Shown: positions 40,924-51,095, counted from the stretch's first letter. The stretch: 64,000 nt of DNA from Calditrichales bacterium (GCA_015493745.1 WGCN01000036.1:9799-73798); one strand, 5' to 3'. Translations and numbers: made by a program. The notes: a model not told the origin generated them from the sequence alone.

Positions 40924-42281
40924 TGGACGGCCTCCAAAAAGCCTTGAACTATCTGTTTACAGACAGGAAGAAAGCACGTTTTCAGATTTACCGTCGTCTG
41001 TTAGAAGATCAATTTGCGGAACCTCGAAAGCAGGAGACAATGCTAAAGGAGAATATTCGCACATTGCTGGATCATAGTTTTAGTCATGTGCCCTATTATA
41101 AAAAAATAATTAAAAATATGGATGTTAAAGCCACAGAATGGCAAACAGACCCTATTCGTTTTTTAAAGAACTTTCCAATTTTATCCCGACAGCAAATACA
41201 TAATAACCGGAACGAGTTGCTATCCACAGACTATCAAAAGCGCAATCCATATCCAAATGCCTCCGGCGGTTCCAGTGGTATGCCGGTTCACATTATTCAG
41301 GATGAATTTTTTTTTGAAAATGGGATCGCCCATCAACTTCTTGCAAATCATTGGCATGGAATGGATCCTTTTGACAGTATCGTTAAAATATGGGGAGCTG
41401 AAAAGGAGACATACAGCGGACGTAAACCTTTACTTTCATTTATCAAGGATTTCCTTAGAAATCGGTACGTGCTAAATAGTTTTGACTTGTCTCCATCACG
41501 GATGTATGAGATAATTAGGATTTTAAATAAAAAAAAACCAAAACTTATTTTAGCATATGTGGATTCAATTTATCAAATCGCCCGCTTTGCACGGGAAAAA
41601 AATATTAGGGTTAAACCACAACAAGCCATTCACTGCGGTGCCGGAACCCTGTATGATTTTATGCGGAAGGAAATAGAGACAGTATTTCAGTGTCCGGTTT
41701 ATAATCATTATGGTACAAGAGAAATGAGTTCAATTGCCTCTGAATGCAGGGAAAAACATGGTTTGCATTTGTTTGTTCAAAATGTTTATACAGAGATAGT
41801 TGATTCTAAAGGGAATCCTTGCCCGCCAGGCAAAGAAGGGCGGATTCTGGTAACGGGGTTAAATAATTTTTCCATGCCGCTTATTCGTTATGAGATAGGA
41901 GATATTGGTGTTTTGGAAAACAGTGGAACATGCTCCTGTGGCTGTACCTATCCTAAAATACGAAAGGTAATCGGTCGAAGTACAGAGTTAATCAAAGCTG
42001 CAGATGGTAAAATTATAATACCAGAGTTTTTTATCCATTTAATTGGTGTAAGCTGCAATGATGGCAGTATTCATTCGTTTCAGGTTATTCAAAAAGATTT
42101 GAATATAATAGAGGTGAAAATTGTAAAACATGAACCTTTTAAAGATTCGATTTTGAATAAAATAAAGTCAAAAATTAAAATTGTAATGGGGTCAGAATGT
42201 AAAGTGATTTTCAATTTTGTTGAAAATATTCCCAAAACCCCAACAGGTAAATACAAATACGTTATAAATGAAATGGTCTGA
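40923..42281 (+). CDS. phenylacetate-CoA ligase/CapK-like adenylate-forming enzyme
   Basis: VPYY, SGGSSG, NHYGTRE, MPLIRYEIGD, TGK. Confidence 0.85.
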   Translation: MDGLQKALNYLFTDRKKARFQIYRRLLEDQFAEPRKQETMLKENIRTLLDHSFSHVPYYKKIIKNMDVKATEWQTDPIRFLKNFPILSRQQIHNNRNELLSTDYQKRNPYPNASGGSSGMPVHIIQDEFFFENGIAHQLLANHWHGMDPFDSIVKIWGAEKETYSGRKPLLSFIKDFLRNRYVLNSFDLSPSRMYEIIRILNKKKPKLILAYVDSIYQIARFAREKNIRVKPQQAIHCGAGTLYDFMRKEIETVFQCPVYNHYGTREMSSIASECREKHGLHLFVQNVYTEIVDSKGNPCPPGKEGRILVTGLNNFSMPLIRYEIGDIGVLENSGTCSCGCTYPKIRKVIGRSTELIKAADGKIIIPEFFIHLIGVSCNDGSIHSFQVIQKDLNIIEVKIVKHEPFKDSILNKIKSKIKIVMGSECKVIFNFVENIPKTPTGKYKYVINEMV

Positions 42282-42282
42282 T

Positions 42283-43371
42283 ATGACAATGAAACGTATT
42301 GTTTTTTTTATAAATTCTTTAAAAACCGGGGGGGCTGAAAGGGTTTGTGTGACTTTAGCAAACAATTTTGTGGAAAAAGGTATACATGTTGTAATTATTG
42401 TATTACACTTAAAAGATTCTATCCTTAAGTCTGAGTTAGATCCGAGGGTTGGAGTTATCGATCTTAAATCTGACCATGCCAGATATGCCATATTTCGATT
42501 GTATAGATGGATTTGGAAGCTTAATCCCTCAAAAATTATTTCCTTTAGCTCTCAATTAACGGCGCTATTGGTTTTAGTTCGTTGGATTAGCCGCAATTCC
42601 TTTAAGATAATTTCACGAAATGTAACCAATCTTTCAAAGGCAAGAGGGCTACAAAAAAGTGTATGGCATAAAAATATAGTCTTTTTTTTCTTAATGAGAA
42701 CATACGCATATGTGGATAAATATATTGCGCAAACAGAAAAGATGAAGATGGATATGGTGAGAACGTTTTCGTTAAACCCGCAAAAAATAGTTGTGATACA
42801 TAACCCCGTAAATCCTAATTTACTGAAGCAATATGGAAGTAATGTGACTCGAAATAAGGAAATCTTATTTGTAGGAAGACTTTGTTCAGAAAAAGCTATT
42901 GATGAACTGTTAAATATTTTTAAGGATTTTCATAAAGTTTTGCCTGAGTATAAGTTACGTATAGTGGGGGATGGGCCCTTGAAAGAAAGCTTACAGCAAT
43001 TAGCGAGCACGCTGGGTTTTGAAGATGCTGTTATTTGGGAAGGGGCTCAAATAAAATTAGCCCCGTATTATCAACAGGCGAGGGTTGTGGTTTTGACTTC
43101 TATTTACGAGGGGTTTCCCAACGTGCTTATCGAATCAGTCTCACTGGGCACTCCTGTTGTTGCCTACGATTGTATCAGCGGGCCATCGGAAATTATTATC
43201 GATGGTCTGAATGGTTACCTTATTGAGAACCTAAATAAAAAAATGTTTAAGGAAAAACTTCTACAAGCTGTAAATGATAATTGGAATTATGAACTCGTAA
43301 AAGAAAGCGCCAAGGAGTTCTCTGCGGATAAGATCGCTACGGTTTATTTGAAAGAAATACAGAATGCATAA
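42283..43371 (+). CDS. GT4 glycosyltransferase
   Basis: GGAERV, VGRL..EK, YEGFPNVLIES. Confidence 0.88.
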   Translation: MTMKRIVFFINSLKTGGAERVCVTLANNFVEKGIHVVIIVLHLKDSILKSELDPRVGVIDLKSDHARYAIFRLYRWIWKLNPSKIISFSSQLTALLVLVRWISRNSFKIISRNVTNLSKARGLQKSVWHKNIVFFFLMRTYAYVDKYIAQTEKMKMDMVRTFSLNPQKIVVIHNPVNPNLLKQYGSNVTRNKEILFVGRLCSEKAIDELLNIFKDFHKVLPEYKLRIVGDGPLKESLQQLASTLGFEDAVIWEGAQIKLAPYYQQARVVVLTSIYEGFPNVLIESVSLGTPVVAYDCISGPSEIIIDGLNGYLIENLNKKMFKEKLLQAVNDNWNYELVKESAKEFSADKIATVYLKEIQNA

Positions 43372-44638
43372 TGAAAAGTTAAGTTTAACAGATATTTTGT
43401 CACTGAATATCATCTCTGTGATAATTCCTGTTTCTCTCATATTATTTACATTTGGCACCGATACGAGTTTATTTTATATAAACTGGGTTGTTGGTGTTTT
43501 GGTTTTGGGCTCGGTAACCATAAGCATATTATTTATAAAGCTTAAGATTAATAAAACCAGCCTAAAGGTATTTATATTTATGAATATGTGGTTGATTTAT
43601 GCTATTATTATTACACCTGTGGCTAAGAATCTCTCTTATCATATATCTTTCATTTTGTTAACAATTTTTTACAATGGATTAGGATTATACTTTATAAATA
43701 AAATAATCGAATCTCCTCAGAGATTTGCATTAACTATTGTCGGACTTAATATATTGTGGGTGTTTATAAATACCTTTGCCATGATATTTTTTTTCCTTAC
43801 TTCCGTAAATCAGGCAGATCAATCTTTTTCCGGTATTTTCGCCAATAGGAATCAGTTTGCTGTAGTTACTACTCTTCTGTTTACCTTTACGTTGTTTTAT
43901 AAAAAGTATTTTCGGAGCAGCATTCCTGTTAATATTTTAATGATTATTAATATCATCATGATTTTTACCAGCTTATCGAGGAAAGGATTCATTGGAATAA
44001 TACTGATCCTGTTTTTATATAATTGGCAACGATTAAAAAGGGTTAAGAAGCTAATGGCAATCTTTGCCATTTCTATTCTGATAATTGTTACATTTATAAC
44101 AGACAATCCTCTGAAAGAAAGGTTTAAGCTCGTAAAGGAAAAAACACCCGCCTTTACTTCGGAAAGGGTTGAGTTAAGTGCTTTTGAACGTATGTGGTTG
44201 TTGATTAATGGGACAAAGTTGTTCCTTGAACATCCATTGACAGGGGTAGGTGTTAATAACTCTCTGGTTTACCTAGAAACGCCTATGCAAAAATTAGAGC
44301 GGGCCCAGGGAGACAAAATGGACAAAGAGGGCAAATATACTCATATCAATTATCTGGAAATGTTGGTAAATGCAGGCATTCCAGCCTTTATATTATACTA
44401 TGTCCCAATTTTACTTATTTTTGGACGTGTTATTTCAAGAACTAAAGAATCCGATAGATACAGTATGATAGCTATCCTGCTTATTTATAAGTTATTTTTA
44501 GATATGGCGATGGTAAGCTATTATGATTTTGCACACTCATTACTGCTGGCCTATGTGTTTTTAGCTTATTTAAAAGCGAAGCCTAATAGTGAAAATATAC
44601 CCCGTCTAAATTCAACAGGTGTCCTTGCCGGTGAATAA
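43364..44638 (+). CDS. O-antigen polymerase/ligase family (Wzy_C)
   Basis: Many TM helices, GIFANRN, SLSRKG, HPLTGVG, THINYLE...G. Confidence 0.8.
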   Translation: MHNEKLSLTDILSLNIISVIIPVSLILFTFGTDTSLFYINWVVGVLVLGSVTISILFIKLKINKTSLKVFIFMNMWLIYAIIITPVAKNLSYHISFILLTIFYNGLGLYFINKIIESPQRFALTIVGLNILWVFINTFAMIFFFLTSVNQADQSFSGIFANRNQFAVVTTLLFTFTLFYKKYFRSSIPVNILMIINIIMIFTSLSRKGFIGIILILFLYNWQRLKRVKKLMAIFAISILIIVTFITDNPLKERFKLVKEKTPAFTSERVELSAFERMWLLINGTKLFLEHPLTGVGVNNSLVYLETPMQKLERAQGDKMDKEGKYTHINYLEMLVNAGIPAFILYYVPILLIFGRVISRTKESDRYSMIAILLIYKLFLDMAMVSYYDFAHSLLLAYVFLAYLKAKPNSENIPRLNSTGVLAGE

Positions 44639-45731
44639 AATAAAAATACTTCATTTCTTCTCTTCCTGGGAAAAGGGGGGTGCTGAAATATGGTTGCTTA
44701 GATTTCTGGAAAAATTTATTAAAGACAATCGTTTTGAAAACCATGTCGGTGCTTTATATGCCAAGGGTGTCCTGAAGGATAAATTTAAAGCATTGGGCCT
44801 GCCTGTAATTAATCTAAATATGAAATATCTTTTCGACCCGAAAGGAATCAGTGATTTAAAGAGGTTATTAAGAACGGAACAATATGATATAATACATACA
44901 CACCTGTTAAAAACAGATTTAGTATTTCAATACGCGACCCTTAATGGAGGGGCTAAGCTTGTAACAACCAAGCATAATAATTTCTATAAAGCTGGATTTT
45001 TAAATTCGATTATCGAGAATAAAATAAACAGGAATTTTGATTATATTTTTTGTGTAAGCCGTGATGTGTATCAGGCTGTAACTCAGGCCATACGCGTTCC
45101 GGAAGAGAAAATAGGCATAGCTTATCCGATTCCTGTATCTAAGGAATCCATTCCGGTAAAGCGGTTAACTAAAGATAAGACCAGCCTGATTATAGGAACT
45201 TTGGGAAGGCTTCATCCGGTTAAAGGTTTAAAATATCTATTAGAAGCCTGGCCTCTTGTGCTAAAGAAGGCTCCACAGGCAAAGCTGTTAATTGCCGGGC
45301 CGGATAGCTATAATTATAAAAAGGTGTTGTTAAAAAAAATACAAGATAAATATATAACCGAAAGCATCAGTTGGTTGGGGGAAATTGAGGATATCCCGGC
45401 ATATTTCTCTAAAATTGATATCTTTTGCACTCCTTCCATATCCGAAGGCTTTCCTCTTAGTGTTATCGAGGCCATGAGTGCCGGAAAACCGGTCATTGCT
45501 TCTGAAACTGGAGGCATTCCCGAGCAGGTTATACATATGCAAAACGGACTATTATTTAAAGTTGGTGATATAAATGCCATTGCAGATGCTGTTTTGTATT
45601 TTGCCAATAATCTATATAAAATAGAAGAGATGGGAAAAAAATCCATTGAGCGGGTAGTCGAAAATTTTAATATTGAAAATAGTATTGAAAAAATAAAACA
45701 AGTTTACTTGAATCTTTGCCCCGGGGAATAA
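44619..45731 (+). CDS. GT4 glycosyltransferase
   Basis: GGAE, DIIHTH, GRL..VKG, EGFPLSVIEAM. Confidence 0.88.
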   Translation: MSLPVNKIKILHFFSSWEKGGAEIWLLRFLEKFIKDNRFENHVGALYAKGVLKDKFKALGLPVINLNMKYLFDPKGISDLKRLLRTEQYDIIHTHLLKTDLVFQYATLNGGAKLVTTKHNNFYKAGFLNSIIENKINRNFDYIFCVSRDVYQAVTQAIRVPEEKIGIAYPIPVSKESIPVKRLTKDKTSLIIGTLGRLHPVKGLKYLLEAWPLVLKKAPQAKLLIAGPDSYNYKKVLLKKIQDKYITESISWLGEIEDIPAYFSKIDIFCTPSISEGFPLSVIEAMSAGKPVIASETGGIPEQVIHMQNGLLFKVGDINAIADAVLYFANNLYKIEEMGKKSIERVVENFNIENSIEKIKQVYLNLCPGE

Positions 45732-45735
45732 GACT

Positions 45736-46905
45736 CTGAAAAACATAAAAATAATCCGCATTCAATCGCGCATTGTTATTGGCGGCCCCTCTTTGCAAAC
45801 TATTCTGCTTAGTAAATACTTTAACAATGATCATTATACTAGTTTATTGGTTGGTGGCGGTGAGGATACCGATGAAAAAAGTATGCGTCTGATTTTGGAA
45901 AGGGAGCAGATACCCTATCTGATACTTCCTGATATGGGAAGGGATGTGTCTCCATTTTCTGATATAGTGTCCTTATGGAAAATCTACCGGCTGTTGCGCC
46001 GTGAAAAACCTGATATTGTTCATACGCACACTGCAAAGGCAGGAGCAATTGGCCGGATGGCTGCTTTTATGGCAGGTGTGCCTGTAATTATCCATACCTT
46101 TCACGGGCATATTTTTCATTCATATTTTCCTAAGTGGAAAAGCCGCTTGTTTTCTCAGGTAGAACGTTTCTTGTCAAAGCTATCCAATGCTATTATTGTA
46201 ATCAGCAAAAGGCAGTATAATGATATTGTCAACATTTTTAAGATTGCACCTGCACAAAAAGTATATACCATTCCATTAGGTTTTGACTGGGATGCATTTG
46301 ATAAAGAAGAAGCAGAAATAGATATCAGGAAAAAGTATAATATCCCGGAAAATAAAAAAATCATTACCATTATTGGTCGTCTCGTACCGATAAAAAATGT
46401 TTCAGCTTATATTAGGATTGTTCGTAAGATCGAAGAATTGGCCCCGGACTCTTTTCATTTCCTGATTATTGGTGATGGTGAACTTCGTGGTGACTTAGAG
46501 TTGCTAGCCCGTCAGGAAGGAATAAGTGATCATCTTACATTTACGGGTTGGTTGCATCTTTCAGCATCAGTCTACCATCAGCTTGATCTGGTTATGTTAA
46601 CCTCGCTCAATGAAGGCACACCGGTAACGTTAATTGAGGCTCTCGCTTGCGGTATTCCTTGCCTGGCTACAGATGTAGGTGGTGTTGGTGATATTTTTGA
46701 ACTTTACAATAGTAAGAGTTTTATTGATCTCAACGCGCCCGGGCAGGTAGCGAAGCACGTTATTGATATATTAAAAACCGGAGAAAAACCCGATAGTGTA
46801 AAACAATCCCGGATTCGATCTTTTTATTCAGCCAAAAGATTGGTGGTGGATATTGAAAACCTCTATCTGAAACTATTGAGTCATAATAATCAGCGGGGGA
46901 GATAG
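45736..46905 (+). CDS. GT4 glycosyltransferase; probable CTG start
   Basis: In-frame KIIRIQSRIVIGGP upstream of the tracked TTG; GGGGA RBS 8 nt before CTG 45736; HTHTAKAG, NEGTPVTLIEA. Confidence 0.85.
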   Translation: MKNIKIIRIQSRIVIGGPSLQTILLSKYFNNDHYTSLLVGGGEDTDEKSMRLILEREQIPYLILPDMGRDVSPFSDIVSLWKIYRLLRREKPDIVHTHTAKAGAIGRMAAFMAGVPVIIHTFHGHIFHSYFPKWKSRLFSQVERFLSKLSNAIIVISKRQYNDIVNIFKIAPAQKVYTIPLGFDWDAFDKEEAEIDIRKKYNIPENKKIITIIGRLVPIKNVSAYIRIVRKIEELAPDSFHFLIIGDGELRGDLELLARQEGISDHLTFTGWLHLSASVYHQLDLVMLTSLNEGTPVTLIEALACGIPCLATDVGGVGDIFELYNSKSFIDLNAPGQVAKHVIDILKTGEKPDSVKQSRIRSFYSAKRLVVDIENLYLKLLSHNNQRGR

Positions 46906-48621
46906 GTGCTTAGTTCGGTAAAAAAAATATTTCATCTAGTAATATTATTTACTTTTTTCCTATCAACATCATTCCTATTTGCTCAAAACCCGGCTTCCGT
47001 GGCGGTGCATCACCCCGTTTACGACTTTATCGACCGCATGGAAGCCCTGGACGTAACCGGTAACCTGTTAAGCGGCGCGCGGCCCCTCTCCCGGGGAAGG
47101 ATTGCCGCGATTCTCGGTGAGGTCGATAAAAAGCGCTCCATGCTTACAGCCATCGATCGCCGGAGGCTGGATGACTATCTGCTCGACTTCCGCTATGAAA
47201 TCGACGCCCATAAAAAATATGATCTGATCCCCGAAGGCCAGACATGGTACAGCACATTGGCCTCCTGGGAGAACTTTAAAAAGGATGTGCGCCGCAATCT
47301 GAGTCAACCCTATCCCGAGGAGGAAAATCATCTCTTTATCTGGGAACAGGGCGACAGCAGCTTTTATATGGACTATCGTCAGCTTTTTAGCTATGACGGT
47401 CGCATCAATGGCCCCTCGCGCAACGCCAATGAGCAAACCTACCAATTCCGGGGCACGGTCGGTAACTTTTCCTTTCAATGGCAGCTCAGCACACAGGCCA
47501 TTCGCGGCGCTGATCTGGAATACCGTCGGCAAGACCCCCTGCTTAAGGGCACCTTCAGTCAGGAAAGCGAAAGCGGGGCTACCACCTTTGCCGACCGTAC
47601 CGGTGGTGAGCTGGCCTGGCATACACGGGCCTTCGACGTCTCCTTTGCTCAACAACCCCTGCGCTGGGGGGCGGGAGCCTCGGGGCAGTTGACTCTCTCC
47701 GATTGGGCCGAACAGTATCCCTATATCAGTATTAATAAAAATTGGGGATGGGGGCGCTTTACCATGATCCACGGAAAGCTGCAATCCTTTCAACAGGGCG
47801 CCCTGGAAGACGGTACCCGTCTCTATCCCGATAAGTGGCTGGCCGCCCACCGGCTGGAAATTAGTCCTTTCGGCAACTTCTCCTTTGCCCTGAACGAAAT
47901 GTTTATCTATGGCAACCGCTATGCCGACTGGAGCTATCTTTTTCCTCTCAATTTCTACCGCGCCGTGCAACACAAACTGCGCGACCGGGACAATGCCACC
48001 ATTGCCCTGGACGCTAAATGGATAGTCCTGCCCGGTGTTAAACTATACGCAACCATTTTTCTGGATGAAATGAAGTTCGATAGCCTGGGCACCAACTGGT
48101 TCGGCAACAAGCAGGCCCTGCAAACGGGACTGGATTGGTATGACCCCCTGGGCTGGGCCAACAGCCGCTTCACCGCCGAATATGTGGCTATCATGCCCTG
48201 GGTTTATACCCATAGGTTTGCCGTTAATCGTTATGAGTCCGATGGACGCTCCCTGGGGTACTGGGCGGGGCCCAACAGTGAGGTGCTCTACTTTAAACTG
48301 GAAAACGAGCCCCATGCCCGTTTACGGCTGGGGGTAAGCTGGCGGCAGTTAAAAAAAGGGCACAACACGGAAAATGAAAATATAGGCGGCAATATCCTGC
48401 AGGGGCGCAGCCTGTTACTGGGCACGCAAACCGAGCCCCGGGAAAAGCGCTACTTTCTGGAAGGTGATCTGGAAATACGCCGCGAACTGACTTTGATGGC
48501 CCGGTATGAAATTTTCAACGATTTATATCTGTCCGCTTCGTATATTTTTACCCACGGGGAGCGGAAACAGATCAACGAAAACTATCAGTCCCTGCACTTC
48601 GGTTTCCTGTTTGATTACTGA
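46906..48621 (+). CDS. capsule assembly Wzi-like outer-membrane beta-barrel
   Basis: Signal peptide, HPVYDFIDR, AAHRLE, YL.P..F......DN, C-terminal aromatic FGFLFDY. Confidence 0.65.
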   Translation: MLSSVKKIFHLVILFTFFLSTSFLFAQNPASVAVHHPVYDFIDRMEALDVTGNLLSGARPLSRGRIAAILGEVDKKRSMLTAIDRRRLDDYLLDFRYEIDAHKKYDLIPEGQTWYSTLASWENFKKDVRRNLSQPYPEEENHLFIWEQGDSSFYMDYRQLFSYDGRINGPSRNANEQTYQFRGTVGNFSFQWQLSTQAIRGADLEYRRQDPLLKGTFSQESESGATTFADRTGGELAWHTRAFDVSFAQQPLRWGAGASGQLTLSDWAEQYPYISINKNWGWGRFTMIHGKLQSFQQGALEDGTRLYPDKWLAAHRLEISPFGNFSFALNEMFIYGNRYADWSYLFPLNFYRAVQHKLRDRDNATIALDAKWIVLPGVKLYATIFLDEMKFDSLGTNWFGNKQALQTGLDWYDPLGWANSRFTAEYVAIMPWVYTHRFAVNRYESDGRSLGYWAGPNSEVLYFKLENEPHARLRLGVSWRQLKKGHNTENENIGGNILQGRSLLLGTQTEPREKRYFLEGDLEIRRELTLMARYEIFNDLYLSASYIFTHGERKQINENYQSLHFGFLFDY

Positions 48622-48641
48622 CATACGGGTAGATACGTCTT

Positions 48642-51095
48642 TTGGAGCCATCTAACTACTATATCATCGCGCTTGTCTTTGCCGCGGGCACCCTCGTTTC
48701 GCTTGGGTTGACACGGCTGGTGCGGGCCTGGGCCATACAGCGCCGGATCGGTGTTTTCCCCAACGAACGCATGGTTCATACCGGTTTTATACCACGCATG
48801 GGCGGTATCGGCATCATCGGCGGCTTTTTGGTCGCGCTTATCCTGTCGGCTTTGCTGTTTCACAGTTATCTGCAATGGGAATGGCCGTATGTGCTGATTG
48901 TTAGCGGAGCCCTGCTGATGGGCGGGCTGGGCATCTATGACGACCGTTACGGACTGAATGCGCCGCAGAAATTTGCAGGTCAGTTTTTGGCCGCCACCCT
49001 GGTCATTCTGGGCGGCTGCCGCATAGATGTGCTGGTGAATCCCTTTGGTCTGGATCTGAATCTGGGTTGGTTCTCCATACCGCTGACCTATCTATGGCTA
49101 ATAACCGTTACCAACGCGGTTAATCTGCTGGACGGGCTGGATGGACTGGCCGCCGGCGTCAGTTTTATCGCCGCCCTGGTGTTTGGTTTGATCGCCTTTC
49201 TGCATAACAATATGATCATCGTTGTTTTTAGCGTAAGCCTGATGGCCGGTCTGTTGGGCTTTTTACGCTATAACCGTCATCCGGCTTCTATTTTTATGGG
49301 GGATACCGGGTCGCTTTTCCTGGGTTTTCTGTTGGCCGCCCTTAGCCTTAAGGCCTTTACCACGGCCGGAAATCATATCGAGATGCTGTTGCCGGTTATT
49401 GTGCTGGCGGTGCCCATCGGCGATACCACCGTGGCTTTTTTCCGCCGCTTGAACAACGGACGGCACCCTTTTAAACCGGACAAGGATCATTTGCATCATC
49501 GCCTGCTTTACCTGGGGCTTACCCACCGGCAGGCCGTGCAGATCATCTACTTTGCCGCCGCCGCATACGGCCTGGCTGCGATAATACTGGTGCTGGAAGC
49601 GGAAATCAGCGGACTGATATTGCTGCTTCTGGTTATTGTCCTTTCCGTTTTCGGCTTAAAGCGCCTGGGCTATCTGGAGGCGCGCAAGTTCAAAACCGTT
49701 ACCGGCAGCGAGGATTTTTTACGCATCCAAAAGGAATTGGCGCCCATATCCATCAAGCGTTTTCTGCACCGGCTTCTGCTGGGTCTCAGCGATGTGCTAA
49801 TGGTTAACCTGGCCTTGTACGTTTATGTCTGGTTACGTCATCACTATCATATCGGTCAGGGCGGCGTATTGGACCCGGGCGAGATCCTGACCCCCGTTCC
49901 CATGCTGATCGTTACCCTCTACTGGATCGTGCTGTTTATTTTAAACGATCTGTACAGTATGCGCTGGGACATCTCCCGTTTTGACAAGATGCGCCGTATC
50001 AGCAAAACCATTCTTGTGGGTATTTTGCTTTGGTTTATCATCACCTGGGATGGCGCCCTGTCCATCTCCGAAGGACGCATGGCCATTCTGCTCTATGCCG
50101 GTCTGTTACTGCTTTTTGTCAATGCGGGGCGTCTGCTGGTGATCAGCGTGGAAAAGCGATGGCGCATTCTGGAATACGCGCCGCAAAACACCCTGTTGAT
50201 CGGCGCCACATCCCGGGGGCACAAGCTGCTTAAGGATATCCGTAAAAATCCACACCTGCTCTATAATGTGGTGGGTTTTGTAACACAGGACGGCCGACCG
50301 GAGCGCTTCAGCAACCTGAGCTGCCTGGGTACCTATGAGGATATACCATCGCTCATCCGCAACCGGGGCATACATGAGGTGATCATCGCCATAAACGAGC
50401 AAACCCACGATGAACTGATCGGTTTGATCGCCGCCATCGATGACATGAAGGTGGTGTTAAAGATTGTGCCGCAATATTACGATATTCTTTCCGGCCATAA
50501 AACCGAGGAGATTACCGGCCATCCGCTGATACGCCTTTTTCCAGATCATATGCGTATGTGGCAATGGCTGCTTAAACGCCTGGCCGATATTGTCCTGTCC
50601 CTGTTTTTTCTCACGCTCTTTTTCCTGCCGGCCCTGCTTTTGGCCCTGTTGTTAACGCTTACCGGGGTTCATCCCCCGTTAGTTATCGAAAACCGTATGG
50701 GCAAGAACGGCCGGGTTTTCGGACAGCTTAACTTTAATGTGCAGGGGCGTTCCCCCTTGCAGCGCTGGTTGTACAAAACCAATATCTACAAACTGCCGGA
50801 ACTGATCAATATACTTCTGGGCTCCATGAGCTGGGTGGGGCCGCGTCCGGAAAGTCCGGACAAAGTGGAACGCCTGCGCAGCCGTATAAAATTCTATAAC
50901 CGCCGTTTTCAGATACGGCCCGGGTTAACCGGCTGGGCGCAGGTGCGTTACCGTTACGATGATTCCATGCGTTCGCATCGGGATCAGCATAAACAGGATC
51001 TCTTTTATCTGGAAAATATGTCCCTTACATTTGATTTGCGTATTTTATTGCGTTCGCTGGTCATCTTCTTTTTTAAACGATCAAAAAGTAAATAG
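48642..51095 (+). CDS. fusion of a WecA/MraY-family polytopic phosphoglycosyltransferase and a degenerate WcaJ/WbaP-type module
   Basis: N-half: PRMGG, YDD, NAVNLLDGLDGL, FMGDTGS, HLHHRL. C-half: TM helices, LLIGA Rossmann-like domain, KRLAD, SWVGPRPE, RPGLTGWAQV. Confidence 0.88.
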   Translation: MEPSNYYIIALVFAAGTLVSLGLTRLVRAWAIQRRIGVFPNERMVHTGFIPRMGGIGIIGGFLVALILSALLFHSYLQWEWPYVLIVSGALLMGGLGIYDDRYGLNAPQKFAGQFLAATLVILGGCRIDVLVNPFGLDLNLGWFSIPLTYLWLITVTNAVNLLDGLDGLAAGVSFIAALVFGLIAFLHNNMIIVVFSVSLMAGLLGFLRYNRHPASIFMGDTGSLFLGFLLAALSLKAFTTAGNHIEMLLPVIVLAVPIGDTTVAFFRRLNNGRHPFKPDKDHLHHRLLYLGLTHRQAVQIIYFAAAAYGLAAIILVLEAEISGLILLLLVIVLSVFGLKRLGYLEARKFKTVTGSEDFLRIQKELAPISIKRFLHRLLLGLSDVLMVNLALYVYVWLRHHYHIGQGGVLDPGEILTPVPMLIVTLYWIVLFILNDLYSMRWDISRFDKMRRISKTILVGILLWFIITWDGALSISEGRMAILLYAGLLLLFVNAGRLLVISVEKRWRILEYAPQNTLLIGATSRGHKLLKDIRKNPHLLYNVVGFVTQDGRPERFSNLSCLGTYEDIPSLIRNRGIHEVIIAINEQTHDELIGLIAAIDDMKVVLKIVPQYYDILSGHKTEEITGHPLIRLFPDHMRMWQWLLKRLADIVLSLFFLTLFFLPALLLALLLTLTGVHPPLVIENRMGKNGRVFGQLNFNVQGRSPLQRWLYKTNIYKLPELINILLGSMSWVGPRPESPDKVERLRSRIKFYNRRFQIRPGLTGWAQVRYRYDDSMRSHRDQHKQDLFYLENMSLTFDLRILLRSLVIFFFKRSKSK

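Larger units (their letters stand above)
35791..46980 (+). other. AT-rich Wzx/Wzy-dependent polysaccharide cassette, probably horizontally exchanged
   Basis: Abrupt visible drop in GC at the wecB stop and recovery at about 46981; few spurious ORFs inside; no integrase or IS seen. Confidence 0.75.

Noticed and set aside
38300-43800. A/T homopolymers of 8-9 nt in cassette genes as phase-variation tracts
   Set aside because: All ORFs are intact and such runs are expected in AT-rich DNA
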